Origin: an uncultured delta proteobacterium | Lineage (GTDB): Bacteria > Desulfobacterota > Binatia > Binatales > Binataceae | NCBI GenBank assembly: GCA_963711565.1 | Contig: CAVQEQ010000001.1 | Span: 832,001-896,000, forward strand | Length of the DNA: 64,000 nt | Direction of reading: 5' to 3' | In this document: positions 30,863 through 41,291 of the stretch, in pieces | How positions within the stretch are numbered: position 1 is the first letter of the stretch | Layout: every line of letters begins with the position of its first letter | The notes under the pieces: generated by a model | The model's input: only the letters and a program-made list of their open reading frames with translations | What the model was told of the DNA's origin: nothing | Database searches by the model: none | Position numbers and translations under genes: made by a program

Positions 30863-31489
30863 ATGGAAAATCCTCGTAACCACCGGATTGAAACGGTTGC
30901 GCAATTGCAAGCGTTGCTTGGAGAGCCGAATCCGATGACCCCGAAAAAACTTCAATCGACGCTCGACCAGGCTGCTATCGACTACATTCGGAGGTCTCCA
31001 TTTCTCGTGCTCGCAACCTCCGACGCGCAGGGCAACGAGGACGCTTCACCGAAAGGCGACGGCCCCGGCTTTGTCGCGGTGGAAGACGAGCGCACGCTTC
31101 TAATCCCCGAACGCAAGGGCAATCGGCTGATGTTCAGTCTCAGGAACATTCTGGCCAATCCGCAGGTCGGAATGATTTTTCTCGTTCCGGGCACCGACGA
31201 GACCTTTCGCGTCAACGGCACAGCACAGTTGAGCGACGATCCCGATCTGCTAGTTCGGCTCAGCGCCCGCGGCGCGCCTGCGCTGTTGGCGATTCGAGTT
31301 ACCGTGCGGGAATGTTTTTTCCACTGCGCCAAGGCCTTCATTCGCTCGCAGCTCTGGAAGCCCGAGACCTGGCAAGAGCGCCAGAAGATTTCCTTCGGGA
31401 AAATGTTGACCGCCAAGGTTGGCGGCGGTGATGACCTTGCACAGCAAATCGACCAGGCAATCGCTCACGACTACAAGCACAACCTCTAG
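30863..31489 (+). CDS. Pyridoxamine 5'-phosphate oxidase-like FMN-binding protein
   Basis: DASPKGDGPGFV, RKGNR, FHCAKAFIRSQLW. Confidence 0.88.
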   Translation: MENPRNHRIETVAQLQALLGEPNPMTPKKLQSTLDQAAIDYIRRSPFLVLATSDAQGNEDASPKGDGPGFVAVEDERTLLIPERKGNRLMFSLRNILANPQVGMIFLVPGTDETFRVNGTAQLSDDPDLLVRLSARGAPALLAIRVTVRECFFHCAKAFIRSQLWKPETWQERQKISFGKMLTAKVGGGDDLAQQIDQAIAHDYKHNL

Positions 31490-32781
31490 TAGCGCGCGTG
31501 CGACGCGAGTTCGCGGCATCGTTTTCGATTCGCGACGATTCCGATCACGCATCGCTCGGTGAACCGCGCGATCGATCGCTCCATCATCTCGATCGCATCG
31601 AAGACGTTCGCAGCCGCCGCGCCTTCAAAGACGTTCAAGTTGAGCTCGCCCCGCTCCAGCGCGAGGCGCGTCGCGCGCTCGCAACCCAACACCTGGAAGC
31701 AACATTGAAGCATCGTCTCGGGAATCACCGGATTGATTTTTCCCGGGAAGATTGACGAGCCTTCCTGAACCGCCGGCAGAATTATTTCGCCGAAGCCGCC
31801 CTCCGGACCCGACGCCAGCAGGCGCATGTCCTGCGCTATCTTGATCAGCACCTCCGCGAGCATCGCGAGCTGCGCGGAGACCGACGCAAGGTCGTCAATA
31901 TTCTGCGCCGCGTCGTAGAGATTGGGCCGCAGAGTAAATTTCCGGCCGGCGATCTCATTCAGCCGCTTGAGGATCGCGCGCCGATAGGACGCCGGCGCTC
32001 CGCTCCCAGAGCCAATCGCCGTACCTCCCAGATTTATCCGCGTGAGCGCTCGCACGCTTTGCGCCAGCTCGCCGGCGCGCCGTGCAATCGCCTCCGCGTG
32101 ACCGCCGAACAGTTCGCCGAGCGATACCGGTGACGCGTCCTGCAAGCAGGTGCGCGAGATCGTGACGACCGGCCGCAGCTCATCCGTCTTCACGCGAAAG
32201 GCCGCGACGCATTGAACGAGCGCGCGCCGCAAACCGCTCCATCGAGTGAGCACCGTCATCCGAACGGCCGTATGGCAAACGTCCGCGGTCGATTGCGACG
32301 CATTGACATGTACTTTTGGATGCACGGGTTGATAAGTCCCGCGCGCGCCGCCGAGAAACTCGTTGGCGAGATTCGCGATGACCTCGTTCATATTCATATT
32401 GACCGCGATACTTCCGCCGCCGGCGAGCGGGTCGATCGGAAACTGCGTGAGATGTTCGCCGCGAAGCAGCGCATCGCACGCGCGCTCGATTGCGCCCTGG
32501 CGCCGCGCGTCGATCACGCGCGCATCGCGATTCGCGCGCGCCGCGGCCTTTTTGACCGTCGCCAGCGCGCAAATATAGTCGGGATAGTTGTCGAGAATAC
32601 GCCCCGAGAATCCCAGATTCTCGACCGCTCTGACCGTGTGAATTCCGTAAAGCGCGCCGGCGGGAACCGCGCATGCGCCTAGCGAATCTTTTTCGATCCG
32701 AGTTCCCGATGGCGCGGCGAGCCGCGTGCGAATCGATCCGCGCGAGCTTCGTGGCGTGGCCGACCTACGCCGTGCGGCCAT
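31486..32781 (-). CDS. Aspartate ammonia-lyase/fumarase-superfamily lyase, divergent
   Basis: RIEKDSLG, NMNMNEVIAN, HVNASQST, GGTAIG, GSSIFPGKINP. Confidence 0.85.
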   Translation of the reverse strand: MAARRRSATPRSSRGSIRTRLAAPSGTRIEKDSLGACAVPAGALYGIHTVRAVENLGFSGRILDNYPDYICALATVKKAAARANRDARVIDARRQGAIERACDALLRGEHLTQFPIDPLAGGGSIAVNMNMNEVIANLANEFLGGARGTYQPVHPKVHVNASQSTADVCHTAVRMTVLTRWSGLRRALVQCVAAFRVKTDELRPVVTISRTCLQDASPVSLGELFGGHAEAIARRAGELAQSVRALTRINLGGTAIGSGSGAPASYRRAILKRLNEIAGRKFTLRPNLYDAAQNIDDLASVSAQLAMLAEVLIKIAQDMRLLASGPEGGFGEIILPAVQEGSSIFPGKINPVIPETMLQCCFQVLGCERATRLALERGELNLNVFEGAAAANVFDAIEMMERSIARFTERCVIGIVANRKRCRELASHARY

Positions 32782-33586
32782 AGCGGGCCATCTGCAGGCC
32801 TTTGCTGCTCCGCGTTCCGGGCTTGGTGTCGTACGCGAGCAGCGCAACCAACCGCGTCGTGCTTCCGCTAATCGGCGTCACGCGATGAATCGAGTTGCGT
32901 CCTTCGAACAGCAGCAGCGTCCCCGGATGCATCGCGACGCGCACGACTCCTTCGCTGGAACCCGCGAGCAGGCGCTGGACGCGCGGATAGTTCTCGTCGG
33001 TGGCGCTGCGAATCAGCGGAACGTATTCGAAATCGCCGCCCGCCTGCGAGGGTCGCAGCGCAATCGAGGTGACGAAGTCGGTCTGATCGAAATGCCAGTG
33101 CAGGCGTTCGCCGTCGCCCATCACCGCGAGATTGAGCGCGCCCATCGGATCGGCATAGCGATAGAGGCGATCTTTTTTCAGCGCCGCCGCGATGAATTCC
33201 ATCAACGGATCCCATTCGAACAACTGCCTCATCGCGGAGTCGTGCGGAAACTGATCGTAGGCGACGACACCAACCGAGGTCGGCTCGAAAAACTTGCGCG
33301 GATGATCGTCGGGCAGCGAAGCGTCGGGCGCAGCGAGGTAGGGCGTGCCCGTAACGACGCTGTGATACGCGCGCGCCGCCAGCGAATCGCCCTCACTCAC
33401 CAGCATCGCAACCGCTTCGGGTTTCAGGAATCCAGGCAGCTCGCACGCGCCGGTGCGGTCAAGCTGCGCGCGACAATGACGCGTCAGCTCGCGCGTGGCG
33501 TCACCGTTCAAGTCGAGGATTGGATAGCGCTCGAGATCGATCAGCTCCGCGGGCGACCAAGTTTGGTTGACGGCCTTCGTTTGCAT
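32765..33586 (-). CDS. Fe(II)/2-oxoglutarate oxygenase (BesD/HalD-like fold, HxD hydroxylase type)
   Basis: LHWHFDQTDF, GGDFEY, FEGRNSIHRVTP, RLVALL. Confidence 0.82.
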   Translation of the reverse strand: MQTKAVNQTWSPAELIDLERYPILDLNGDATRELTRHCRAQLDRTGACELPGFLKPEAVAMLVSEGDSLAARAYHSVVTGTPYLAAPDASLPDDHPRKFFEPTSVGVVAYDQFPHDSAMRQLFEWDPLMEFIAAALKKDRLYRYADPMGALNLAVMGDGERLHWHFDQTDFVTSIALRPSQAGGDFEYVPLIRSATDENYPRVQRLLAGSSEGVVRVAMHPGTLLLFEGRNSIHRVTPISGSTTRLVALLAYDTKPGTRSSKGLQMARYGRTA

Positions 33587-33658
33587 GCTCAGAGCAACCT
33601 CTGGTTCCGACCTTACGACCACGTTCTCACTAGCACAATCGCGGAAACTGACATCGTG

Positions 33659-34708
33659 CTACAGCGCACTCTTCAGCGGATGCTGCCTGAAAAAGTCCAG
33701 CATCGTCGTCATCCATTCCTTCGGCCATCGCATGTGATTGCCAAGACCAATGATCGACCCCGTCGTAGTCGCGGTCGATTGGTCGGGAGCCTGCGGATCG
33801 GTCCCACACGAATCCGTACATGCGTGAACCCGCTCGTGATGATTGTCGAGTATCACGTCGTCGACAACTACTCCTGCTGCATTCAGCTCAGTCGCCATCA
33901 GCTCGCCGTTGGGACAGATGCCGCCAACGTCGCAGGCGTTGTGAATGTGCATGGTGCGCGCGGCGGGATTGAAGATCTGAATCTGCTTGTTGCTCGCCGG
34001 CACTCCGGCTACCGGCTGCTGCTGGCAAGGATCGTCGAAGGCGCCAAATGGATTGGGTGCGGAATAAACAGCGGCCGCCGCGATATTCGGACGATTTACC
34101 GCGTACAGAAGACCCATCGCCGCTCCGTTGGACCATCCGGAAACGTAAATTCGCGCGGTGTCGACCTTTCTGGTTGCGACCTGAGCCGCGATGAAATGAT
34201 CGATCGTTGCCGCGTCGGCATTTTCCCGCCAAATCGTATTTCCGATCCTCACGTCACCTGCGGGGTTCAACTGGCGATACCAATTGTCCCAACCAATTCC
34301 CTTGCTATCCGGATATGGATAGTAGTGCGTCGTCTTGCGGCCCTCAGGCGCCAGAACTATATATCCGACATTCTTCGGATCGTCACTGAGTGAGACTGAA
34401 TTTTGAAGGTCAAGTATATTCGTCTGAGTAATCCATCCAGCCGAGAACAGCGACGGATGTAAGTATACGATCATTGGTAACTTGCTATTCGCGGCGGCCG
34501 ACTTCGGTTCGTAAAGGCAAGCGTATCGATCGATCCGGTCCGCATCTTTCCACGGGCCGAGCAGCTTGCCCTCGCCGCAGCTGGGCTTGACCTCGGAAAT
34601 TACCGCTGCCGACGGAGCGCCGAACGGCCCGCACGCAGTCGGCGGCTCTTTGATAGCGCTGCATGAAAATAAAAGCGCGATCATCGGCAGGCAGAACGTT
34701 CTCTTCAC
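33659..34708 (-). CDS. Secreted or lipoprotein esterase (PHB depolymerase-like)
   Basis: N-terminal signal with Cys; IYVSGWSNGAAM elbow; NHMRWP; Cys-rich. Confidence 0.75.
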   Translation of the reverse strand: MKRTFCLPMIALLFSCSAIKEPPTACGPFGAPSAAVISEVKPSCGEGKLLGPWKDADRIDRYACLYEPKSAAANSKLPMIVYLHPSLFSAGWITQTNILDLQNSVSLSDDPKNVGYIVLAPEGRKTTHYYPYPDSKGIGWDNWYRQLNPAGDVRIGNTIWRENADAATIDHFIAAQVATRKVDTARIYVSGWSNGAAMGLLYAVNRPNIAAAAVYSAPNPFGAFDDPCQQQPVAGVPASNKQIQIFNPAARTMHIHNACDVGGICPNGELMATELNAAGVVVDDVILDNHHERVHACTDSCGTDPQAPDQSTATTTGSIIGLGNHMRWPKEWMTTMLDFFRQHPLKSAL

Positions 34709-34839
34709 GGCACTGGTCTAACATATCAAGGAGCCCTGGCCGATAAGCCCTTTGAATCGGCATTTGCTTGTCAGTCTCGACTTTCGAGCGTTATGGTCGG
34801 AGTCGCGCGCGGAAATTCACCTCGCGGAGGTTTCATCCG

Positions 34840-35732
34840 ATGAATCTTGGGACGCTGGGCGTTGATGCTTTGATGGATTCGATGGCGGGGGCCGAGCTCG
34901 CGCGGTTTGCGCGCAAGATCGAGCAGCTCGGCTACGGTGCCCTATGGTTTCCCGAAGCCTTCGGCCGCGATCCGTTCGCGCTCGCCGCGCACCTGCTGAC
35001 GGTGACCGAGAAACTGATCGTTGGCACCGCGATCGCGAACGTCTGGAAGCGCGAGCCGGTCGCGATGCTGAGCGGAGCGCGGACGCTCGCTGAAATGTTT
35101 CCGGGGCGCTTCGTCCTCGGCATCGGAATCAGCCACGGGCCGATGATGACGCGGATGGGGATCAACTACTCGAAGCCGCTGACCTTTATGCGCGACTACC
35201 TTGCCCGGCTGAAGGACGCTCCGTACGGCGCGGCGCGACCGTCGATCGAGGCACCAATCCTGGTTGCTGCCCTGCTTCCGAAAATGCTCAGGCTCGTCGC
35301 CGCCGAGGCGGACGGGACTCTTCCGACGTTCGTCACTCCGGAGCGGACCGCGCAGATTCGTGCCGAGATCGGCCCCGACAAATTGATCTGCGTCCAACAG
35401 ATCTCGATGCTCGAGAAGGACGCGAGCAAGGCGCGCTCCGCGATTCGCGGGTTGATCGGTTTCTATCTCAGTCTTCCAAACTACCTGCAAAGCCTCAGGC
35501 TGATGGGCTTCGATGACTCGGACTTTGCAGGCGGCGGCAGCGATCGAATTGTCGATGCGATGGTCGCGTGGGGCGACGAGCAGGCGATCCGTGATCGCGT
35601 CGCGGCGCAGTACAAGGCCGCGCCACTCACGTATGTATCACGCCGGTCGGACTGGCCGGTGCGTGGCGCGGCAAATCGGAAGACAGCACAACGCCCGTCG
35701 AGCGCGCACTCGAAGCGCTCGCGCCGCGATGA
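34840..35732 (+). CDS. LLM-class (probably F420-dependent) oxidoreductase, frameshift near 35620
   Basis: GYGALWFPEAFGRDPF, GRFVLGIGISH; adding one G restores YKAGATHVCITP…LEALAPR-stop. Confidence 0.85.
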
Positions 35733-35784
35733 ACTGGCTAATCCGAATAGTCATTCGGATCGCGATCTGACTACTGGGGTGACT

Positions 35785-36933
35785 ATGCAGATCGATCACG
35801 ATGAAATCATGCGCCGCGCCGCCGCGATTTCGCCGACGCTCTCCGCGCATTCCGGCGAGTGCGACGCCGCTCGCAAGCTCACCGGCGAAAGTATGGCTGC
35901 CGTGTTCAACGCCGGCATGTTCCGGATTCCGCAACCGCGACGGGTGCGCGGCTACGAGCTGAGTCTGCGCACACTCGCCGACGCCGTCACCTGTCTCTCC
36001 GAGGCGTGCCCCTCGAGCGGCTGGGTGCTGATGGTGATGGGCGCGCATCACTGGTGCATGGGCTCGTTTCCGGAGGCGGCGCAGGACGAAGTCTTTGGCG
36101 ATGGCCGCGACGGCCTGGTCGCGGGAACGTTGTCATCGCAGGGCAGCGCAACCGCGGTCGATGGGGGCTATCGCGTCGAAGGGCGGTGGCAATTTTGCAG
36201 CGGCGTCGATCATGCTCACTGGGTAATCCTGGGATGCGCCGATCCCTCGACGCACCGGCCTTCCGTCCACGTCGTTGTGCCGCGCGGCGAGCTCGAAGTG
36301 GACGACACCTGGCACGTGATGGGCCTGCAGGGGACAGGCAGCAAGGATGTGCAGGCGCACGACGTCTTCGTGCCGGCGCATCGAGCGATCGACACGCGGA
36401 TTCTGTTTCGCGGCGCGAGTCCTCACGCTGCAAATCACGCCACGAACCTGTATCGACTCTCGGCCGAGGCGATGCTGTCGGTGTCGGTATCGACTGCCGT
36501 GCTTGGTTCCGCGAAATTCGCGCTGCTTCAGTTCATCGAGCGCACCAAAGAGCGGCGTGTGATTCTGACCGGCGCACGGAAAGCCGACCATGGGCCGACT
36601 CAGGTGCGATTGTCGGAAGCTGCCGCCGAAATCCAGTGCGCGGATCTGTTGCTTCACGACATCCTGGGTGAATTCGATCGATTGATGACGACCGGCGAGA
36701 CCTTCGACAACGATCACCGGGTGCGCGCGAAGTGGCAGGCCGCGTACGCCGCCGAACTATGCCGGCGCGCAGTCGCGCGGATGTTCTCGGGTTCCGGAGC
36801 GCATGCCGTGTACGCGCCGAGCGCGCTTCAGGCCGCATTTCGGAACATCAACGTCGGCGCGCAGCATGCGAGTATCGACTTCGACAATTCCGCCGAGCTC
36901 TACGCTCGTGCGCGGCTGGGCTTGAACTCGTGA
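35785..36933 (+). CDS. Flavin-dependent monooxygenase of acyl-CoA dehydrogenase fold (HsaA-like)
   Basis: GRWQFCSGVDHA, DTWHVMGLQGTGS, FVPAHR; own ATG at 35785. Confidence 0.88.
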   Translation: MQIDHDEIMRRAAAISPTLSAHSGECDAARKLTGESMAAVFNAGMFRIPQPRRVRGYELSLRTLADAVTCLSEACPSSGWVLMVMGAHHWCMGSFPEAAQDEVFGDGRDGLVAGTLSSQGSATAVDGGYRVEGRWQFCSGVDHAHWVILGCADPSTHRPSVHVVVPRGELEVDDTWHVMGLQGTGSKDVQAHDVFVPAHRAIDTRILFRGASPHAANHATNLYRLSAEAMLSVSVSTAVLGSAKFALLQFIERTKERRVILTGARKADHGPTQVRLSEAAAEIQCADLLLHDILGEFDRLMTTGETFDNDHRVRAKWQAAYAAELCRRAVARMFSGSGAHAVYAPSALQAAFRNINVGAQHASIDFDNSAELYARARLGLNS

Positions 36934-37170
36934 TCGACGGGATTCTACCGATCGGACCTGAACCGATCGGAAACCGGGACATGGCTCGGTCTGACGCTCT
37001 GGATTCCATGGCCCCGACGTGATTGGTCCATGGCTTCGGGCCATGCTCGGGCCTTGGTTACGTCACTGATCTCGGCGACCACCCAGCCCTCGAGCACCGC
37101 GTGCAACAGATCGCCAGGATTCCCCCACGAATCGATGATTCTGTCCATCGCTTCTCGCAGTGGCGCTACT

Positions 37171-37383
37171 TCAAGGCAATTCGAGCAGGCAATTCGCGCA
37201 GAGCGCCCATCGCGCGCGCCCGCCCGCCGGCACCACCAGGATTGCCGCGATCGCTCGCGCAGCATCTCCGCATCGCCGGCAGATCAAATCGTCGCCGTCG
37301 CATCGGGCCTCGAATCCGACCTCGGCAATCGTTGCCGGGTCATCGATCAGCTCGATGCGTATCAGATTGAGTTCAGTTTCCAA
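37171..37383 (-). CDS. Small hypothetical CxxC…CxxC protein
   Basis: 70 aa with CRRC and CANC; same strand just after the Crp genes. Confidence 0.45.
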   Translation of the reverse strand: METELNLIRIELIDDPATIAEVGFEARCDGDDLICRRCGDAARAIAAILVVPAGGRARWALCANCLLELP

Positions 37384-37419
37384 AGCGTCCCCCAGTCAAC
37401 CCCGGTCGTGCGGCGCACA

Positions 37420-38208
37420 TTAATTCAGATGCGCTCCGGCTTGAGCATTCATCGAATCGAAGAGCTTGGCGACCTGCACGACCATCTGCCGTCCCTGCCG
37501 GATGACAAACTTTTCGCGCTCCAATCGCGCCAGATGCTCAGTCACTCGCGGCCGCGAGGCTCCGACCAGGTTGGCGATGTCCTTGTGGCTGAACGATACT
37601 CGTAGCAGCGTGCCGCGCGACTCCTCGATTCCGAAGTCCGCGCATAGCTCCAGCAGCGCGATGGCGATTCGTTCGTGAAGGCCGAGGTTCAGGAAGCTCG
37701 AGCTGCGCAACAGGAGGCGATACCACTGCTTGAGGTCGTTGCGATGAAACTGCTTGAACGCAGATTCGGAAGCGTTGACGGTGATGCCGTCGAAATCCGC
37801 CCAGCTCACCGTGCCGACGCGGCAGTCGTTGTAAGCCTCGCACTGAAAACCGGACTGGCTGAGCGGCAGCGCCGGGAATTCGGGAATCGGTCCCGGCGCG
37901 AGCATCGCAACCGTGACGCGCTCGTTGCGCGCGTTGCGGCAGGTGATGCGCGCGATTCCTGCTAACAAAATGTGAGCATCCTGGGCGAGCGCAACCTCGC
38001 GCAGGATCACTGAATGCCGTTTGTAGTTGGCTAGTACCAGCGCGCCAACGAGAAGTGTGAGCTCAGAGGGGGAAAGCCACGACAGAGCCTTGAGCCGGCT
38101 CAGCCTGTCAAGATCGGTTTCACGTGTCGTATTTCGTTCATTCAAATTTGCACCGTCCAGACCCAAACTATACGCCCCCGACAGCCGATAATGGAAACGA
38201 ACTGTCAC
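37420..38208 (-). CDS. Crp/Fnr-family transcriptional regulator (start probably near 38145)
   Basis: ERIAIALLELCADFG, HKDIANLVGASRPRVTEHL. Confidence 0.9.
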   Translation of the reverse strand: MTVRFHYRLSGAYSLGLDGANLNERNTTRETDLDRLSRLKALSWLSPSELTLLVGALVLANYKRHSVILREVALAQDAHILLAGIARITCRNARNERVTVAMLAPGPIPEFPALPLSQSGFQCEAYNDCRVGTVSWADFDGITVNASESAFKQFHRNDLKQWYRLLLRSSSFLNLGLHERIAIALLELCADFGIEESRGTLLRVSFSHKDIANLVGASRPRVTEHLARLEREKFVIRQGRQMVVQVAKLFDSMNAQAGAHLN

Positions 38209-38280
38209 CTATATAACAAATGCTTCGTGCTGCGGAGAACGCTAAAGAACAGGGACCGGGGACAGATGCGGTAGTTGGCT

Positions 38281-39052
38281 TCAGCCGCCAACTGCACGTT
38301 GGGAGGTACTACGACGTGCTTTTCCGAACTCTTCGTCGCCAGCAGCTATATGAGTTTGCGCCAGGAAGCTTTCCAATTTATCGCGGTTGACGACGAGTTG
38401 ACGACTGTTGCGCGAAATCAGAACGTTTGCGCTCGAACTCAATCAAATGTTCAGTGATTCGCGGCCGCGACGCGCCAACCAGTTCAGCTAGATCCTTGTG
38501 CCTCGTCGGCAGCATCAGCCGGATTCCCTTTGGGTCGGGGCTACCGAAATTTTCACATAGTTCGAGCAGAATCAGGGCCAAACGTTCTTCCAAAGTACAG
38601 CTCATGAAATTTGCGCAACGCAGTTGAACCAAATCCCAGCGGCCCAGGTAGCTCTCCGCCAACCGCTTGAAGTCCGCTGAAGCGACCCCCAAACATATCT
38701 CGACGAACGCCTCGAGTTCGATCGTCGCGATCCGGCAAGGAGTAACCGCTTCGCAGCGAAAATTGTAACTGATGCCGGCTACCGGCGGCGGGAAGCCCGG
38801 AATCATGCCGGGCGCGACCATGATCACAAGCGTACGCGTGCCCTTGCGATTGCGGCAGGTGATTCGCGCCACGCCCGCCAGCAGGATGAACGCGGTGTCG
38901 TGCGAGTGTCTCTCGTCGATAATGATCGCGCGTTTCTCGACCACGCTGACGGTCAGCGCGTTGGAGAGCTTGTCGAGCTGGCGCGCCGTCAACCAGGAAA
39001 TATTCTTGAGGCCCCGCAATCTTCGCGTGCCCGATACTCGAACGGCAGTCAT
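38281..39052 (-). CDS. Crp/Fnr-family transcriptional regulator, frameshift near 38422
   Basis: ERLALILLELCENFG, HKDLAELVGASRPRITEHL; removing one base restores KRLISRNSRQLVVNRDKL, parallel to the paralogue. Confidence 0.87.
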
Positions 39053-39126
39053 CCACCCAATGTATCAGACGCCCCGACGCGCGAGCGGAATAACGCTCCA
39101 TCATAAGGCTTATTCGACGTTTTTAG

Positions 39127-40467
39127 TTATCCGTGTAACAACCGATTCCCGCTCGCAGGCGAGGACCCCGCATCGCGCCGAGCGATCCAGATGAGCAGCA
39201 CGAGCGCGGGAATCGTTGCGACCGTCGTCAGCATGAAGAACGGCACCCAGCCGAGCTTGTCCGCCAGCACTCCTCCCGAAGACGCGACCATCGTGCGCCC
39301 GACCGAAGCCAACGACGACAGCAGCGCGTACTGAGTCGCGGTGAACGCGGGCGAGCACAGTCCGGACAGATAGGCGACGAGCGCGGTGCCCGCCATCGCG
39401 CCGGTGAGATTCTCGGCGGCAACGCACAGCGCCAGATAGTCGAGCCGATGCCCGCCGACAGCCTGCAGCACATAAAACAAATTGCCGGCCGACTGCAGAA
39501 TTCCGCACAGGATGAGCGCGCGCATCACGCCCAGCTTCGACGTCACCACGCCACCGACAATCGCGCCCACGACAGTCGCGAAGAATCCGACCAGCTTCGA
39601 GACCGCGGCTATTTCGTTGAGCGAGAATCCGATCGAGATGTACAGCGGCATCGCCATCACGCCGGCCATCGCTTCGCCGAGCTTGTAACCGACGATGAAG
39701 ATGAGGATCGCCGGCCACATCGGGCGCCGCATGAAGTCGGCGAACGGCCCCGTCACAGCGGTCGCAAGCCATTCGCGAACCGCGTCCCATCCTGTCGCGG
39801 CGGTATGCGGCTGCGCGTCCGGCGGCGTCGATGGTTCGGGCCCGAAGATAAACACGAGCATCCCGGCTGCCAGCAAAGCCGCCATGGTTGCGTAGGCCGC
39901 GAACCAACCGAAGCGGGCCGCGACAATGAGCGCGCCCGCGCCCGACACCAGCATCGCGATCCGGTAGCCGGTCTGAATCATCGCGGCGCCGGGACCCTGC
40001 TGATCGGGCGCCAGGATTTCCACCCGGTACGCGTCAATCACCACGTCCTGGCTGGCTGAAAGGAATGCGACCAGCAGAGCCAACGCTCCCATCCGCGCGA
40101 GATCGATTTTCGGATTGCATGAGCCCAGCGCAAGCGTCGCCGCGATGAGCACGAGCTGGATAGAGATACCCCATCCGCGCCGACGGCCGAGCGGAATCGG
40201 CGGCGGCAGACGGTCAATCAGCGGCGACCACAGGAACTTAAAGGAGTATGGCGTGCCGACCAGGGCGAAAGCGCCAATCGTCGCGCGGCTGACGCCGGCG
40301 GTAGCGAACCAGGCCGACAGGGTCGAAAACGTCAGCAGCAGCGGGAGTCCGCTGGCGAAGCCAAGCGGCAGGATGAGCAACACGCGCCGCTCGGTATACT
40401 CCGCGAGCGAACGCCGCCAGGCGGTCATGCCGCTCGTTCCCGCCGTCACCTTCTGCGCCGCTGGCAT
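39127..40467 (-). CDS. ampG: AmpG-family muropeptide MFS transporter
   Basis: LGFASGLP, KFLWSPLID, GRRRGW, SASQDVVIDAYRVE, TATQYALLSSL. Confidence 0.92.
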   Translation of the reverse strand: MPAAQKVTAGTSGMTAWRRSLAEYTERRVLLILPLGFASGLPLLLTFSTLSAWFATAGVSRATIGAFALVGTPYSFKFLWSPLIDRLPPPIPLGRRRGWGISIQLVLIAATLALGSCNPKIDLARMGALALLVAFLSASQDVVIDAYRVEILAPDQQGPGAAMIQTGYRIAMLVSGAGALIVAARFGWFAAYATMAALLAAGMLVFIFGPEPSTPPDAQPHTAATGWDAVREWLATAVTGPFADFMRRPMWPAILIFIVGYKLGEAMAGVMAMPLYISIGFSLNEIAAVSKLVGFFATVVGAIVGGVVTSKLGVMRALILCGILQSAGNLFYVLQAVGGHRLDYLALCVAAENLTGAMAGTALVAYLSGLCSPAFTATQYALLSSLASVGRTMVASSGGVLADKLGWVPFFMLTTVATIPALVLLIWIARRDAGSSPASGNRLLHG

Positions 40468-40541
40468 AGTGACTTCATATCATGAACGGGCGGTCGCCAT
40501 CGCTCATGGCACTAACGCGCGCGCTCGCGGAACATATTTTG

Positions 40542-41291
40542 TCAGAAATCGAGGTCGGAGATGACCCGTTTGCTCAGGTGGTCAATCGGTCGTTTGGGCT
40601 TCGATTCGAACCGCCCCCGTTGACGTTTATCCTTAACGACCATCGCGCATTCGAGCCGCTTTTGGGTATCTCTGACAAAGCCCGTCACCAGGCGGCGGAG
40701 CTGGAAGATATCGAAAGCCTCAAATTTTTCATCGATTAGTTCCTTGATCCGTTTGATACCGTGGATACGAACCAGCTCCCTGGCGCCTTCGTTTCCGTAC
40801 AGAGCCTCTGCGGCGATATGCAACATGGAATTTTCGTCCTGTGAGGATAGCCACAGTACGACATCGGGATAAGCTGCGAGGAACCAGCGCGGATACCCCG
40901 GCGGGACGCTGGCGCCCTTCTCGAAGGCAGCGGCCGAGCGCGTTGGCTTGCCGGGTTCGACCGGCGGTTTAACCGGCAACGATTCGCAGACCTCGACATA
41001 GTTTGCCAGGAAGTCCGCGGGATCGATTGAATCCGCGACGAAGAACATACGCATCAGCTCATTCGCGTTCAGAACCTCGTCCATCATGCCCCCGTCGATT
41101 ATTTTAGCCCAAGTGACGGATTGCCTGCCGCGCCGAAAGAACCGTATGAGCACGATACAGAGACCGCCGAAGAGGGCGCCAGCGATTAGGGGAACGATCA
41201 AAATCACAGTGTACTTTCCGTTTCGAGGTTGCGATACCAACGCCGCGCAAGTGGAGAGCCGCCGCTCGGTATGCCCCGGAATTGTAAGCAA
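40542..41291 (-). CDS. Hypothetical protein with N-terminal membrane anchor
   Basis: TM segment VILIVPLIAGALFGGLCIVLI followed by RFFRR; no recognised domain; start uncertain. Confidence 0.5.
   Translation of the reverse strand: MLTIPGHTERRLSTCAALVSQPRNGKYTVILIVPLIAGALFGGLCIVLIRFFRRGRQSVTWAKIIDGGMMDEVLNANELMRMFFVADSIDPADFLANYVEVCESLPVKPPVEPGKPTRSAAAFEKGASVPPGYPRWFLAAYPDVVLWLSSQDENSMLHIAAEALYGNEGARELVRIHGIKRIKELIDEKFEAFDIFQLRRLVTGFVRDTQKRLECAMVVKDKRQRGRFESKPKRPIDHLSKRVISDLDF

Noticed and set aside
34768-36933. Apparent 721-aa LLM/acyl-CoA-dehydrogenase fusion
   Set aside because: One missing G near 35620 explains it; the repaired LLM ends at 35732 and the second gene has its own ATG at 35785.
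38281-38430. Crp gene as a true pseudogene
   Set aside because: Single one-base lesion, like three others in the window; more likely an assembly error.
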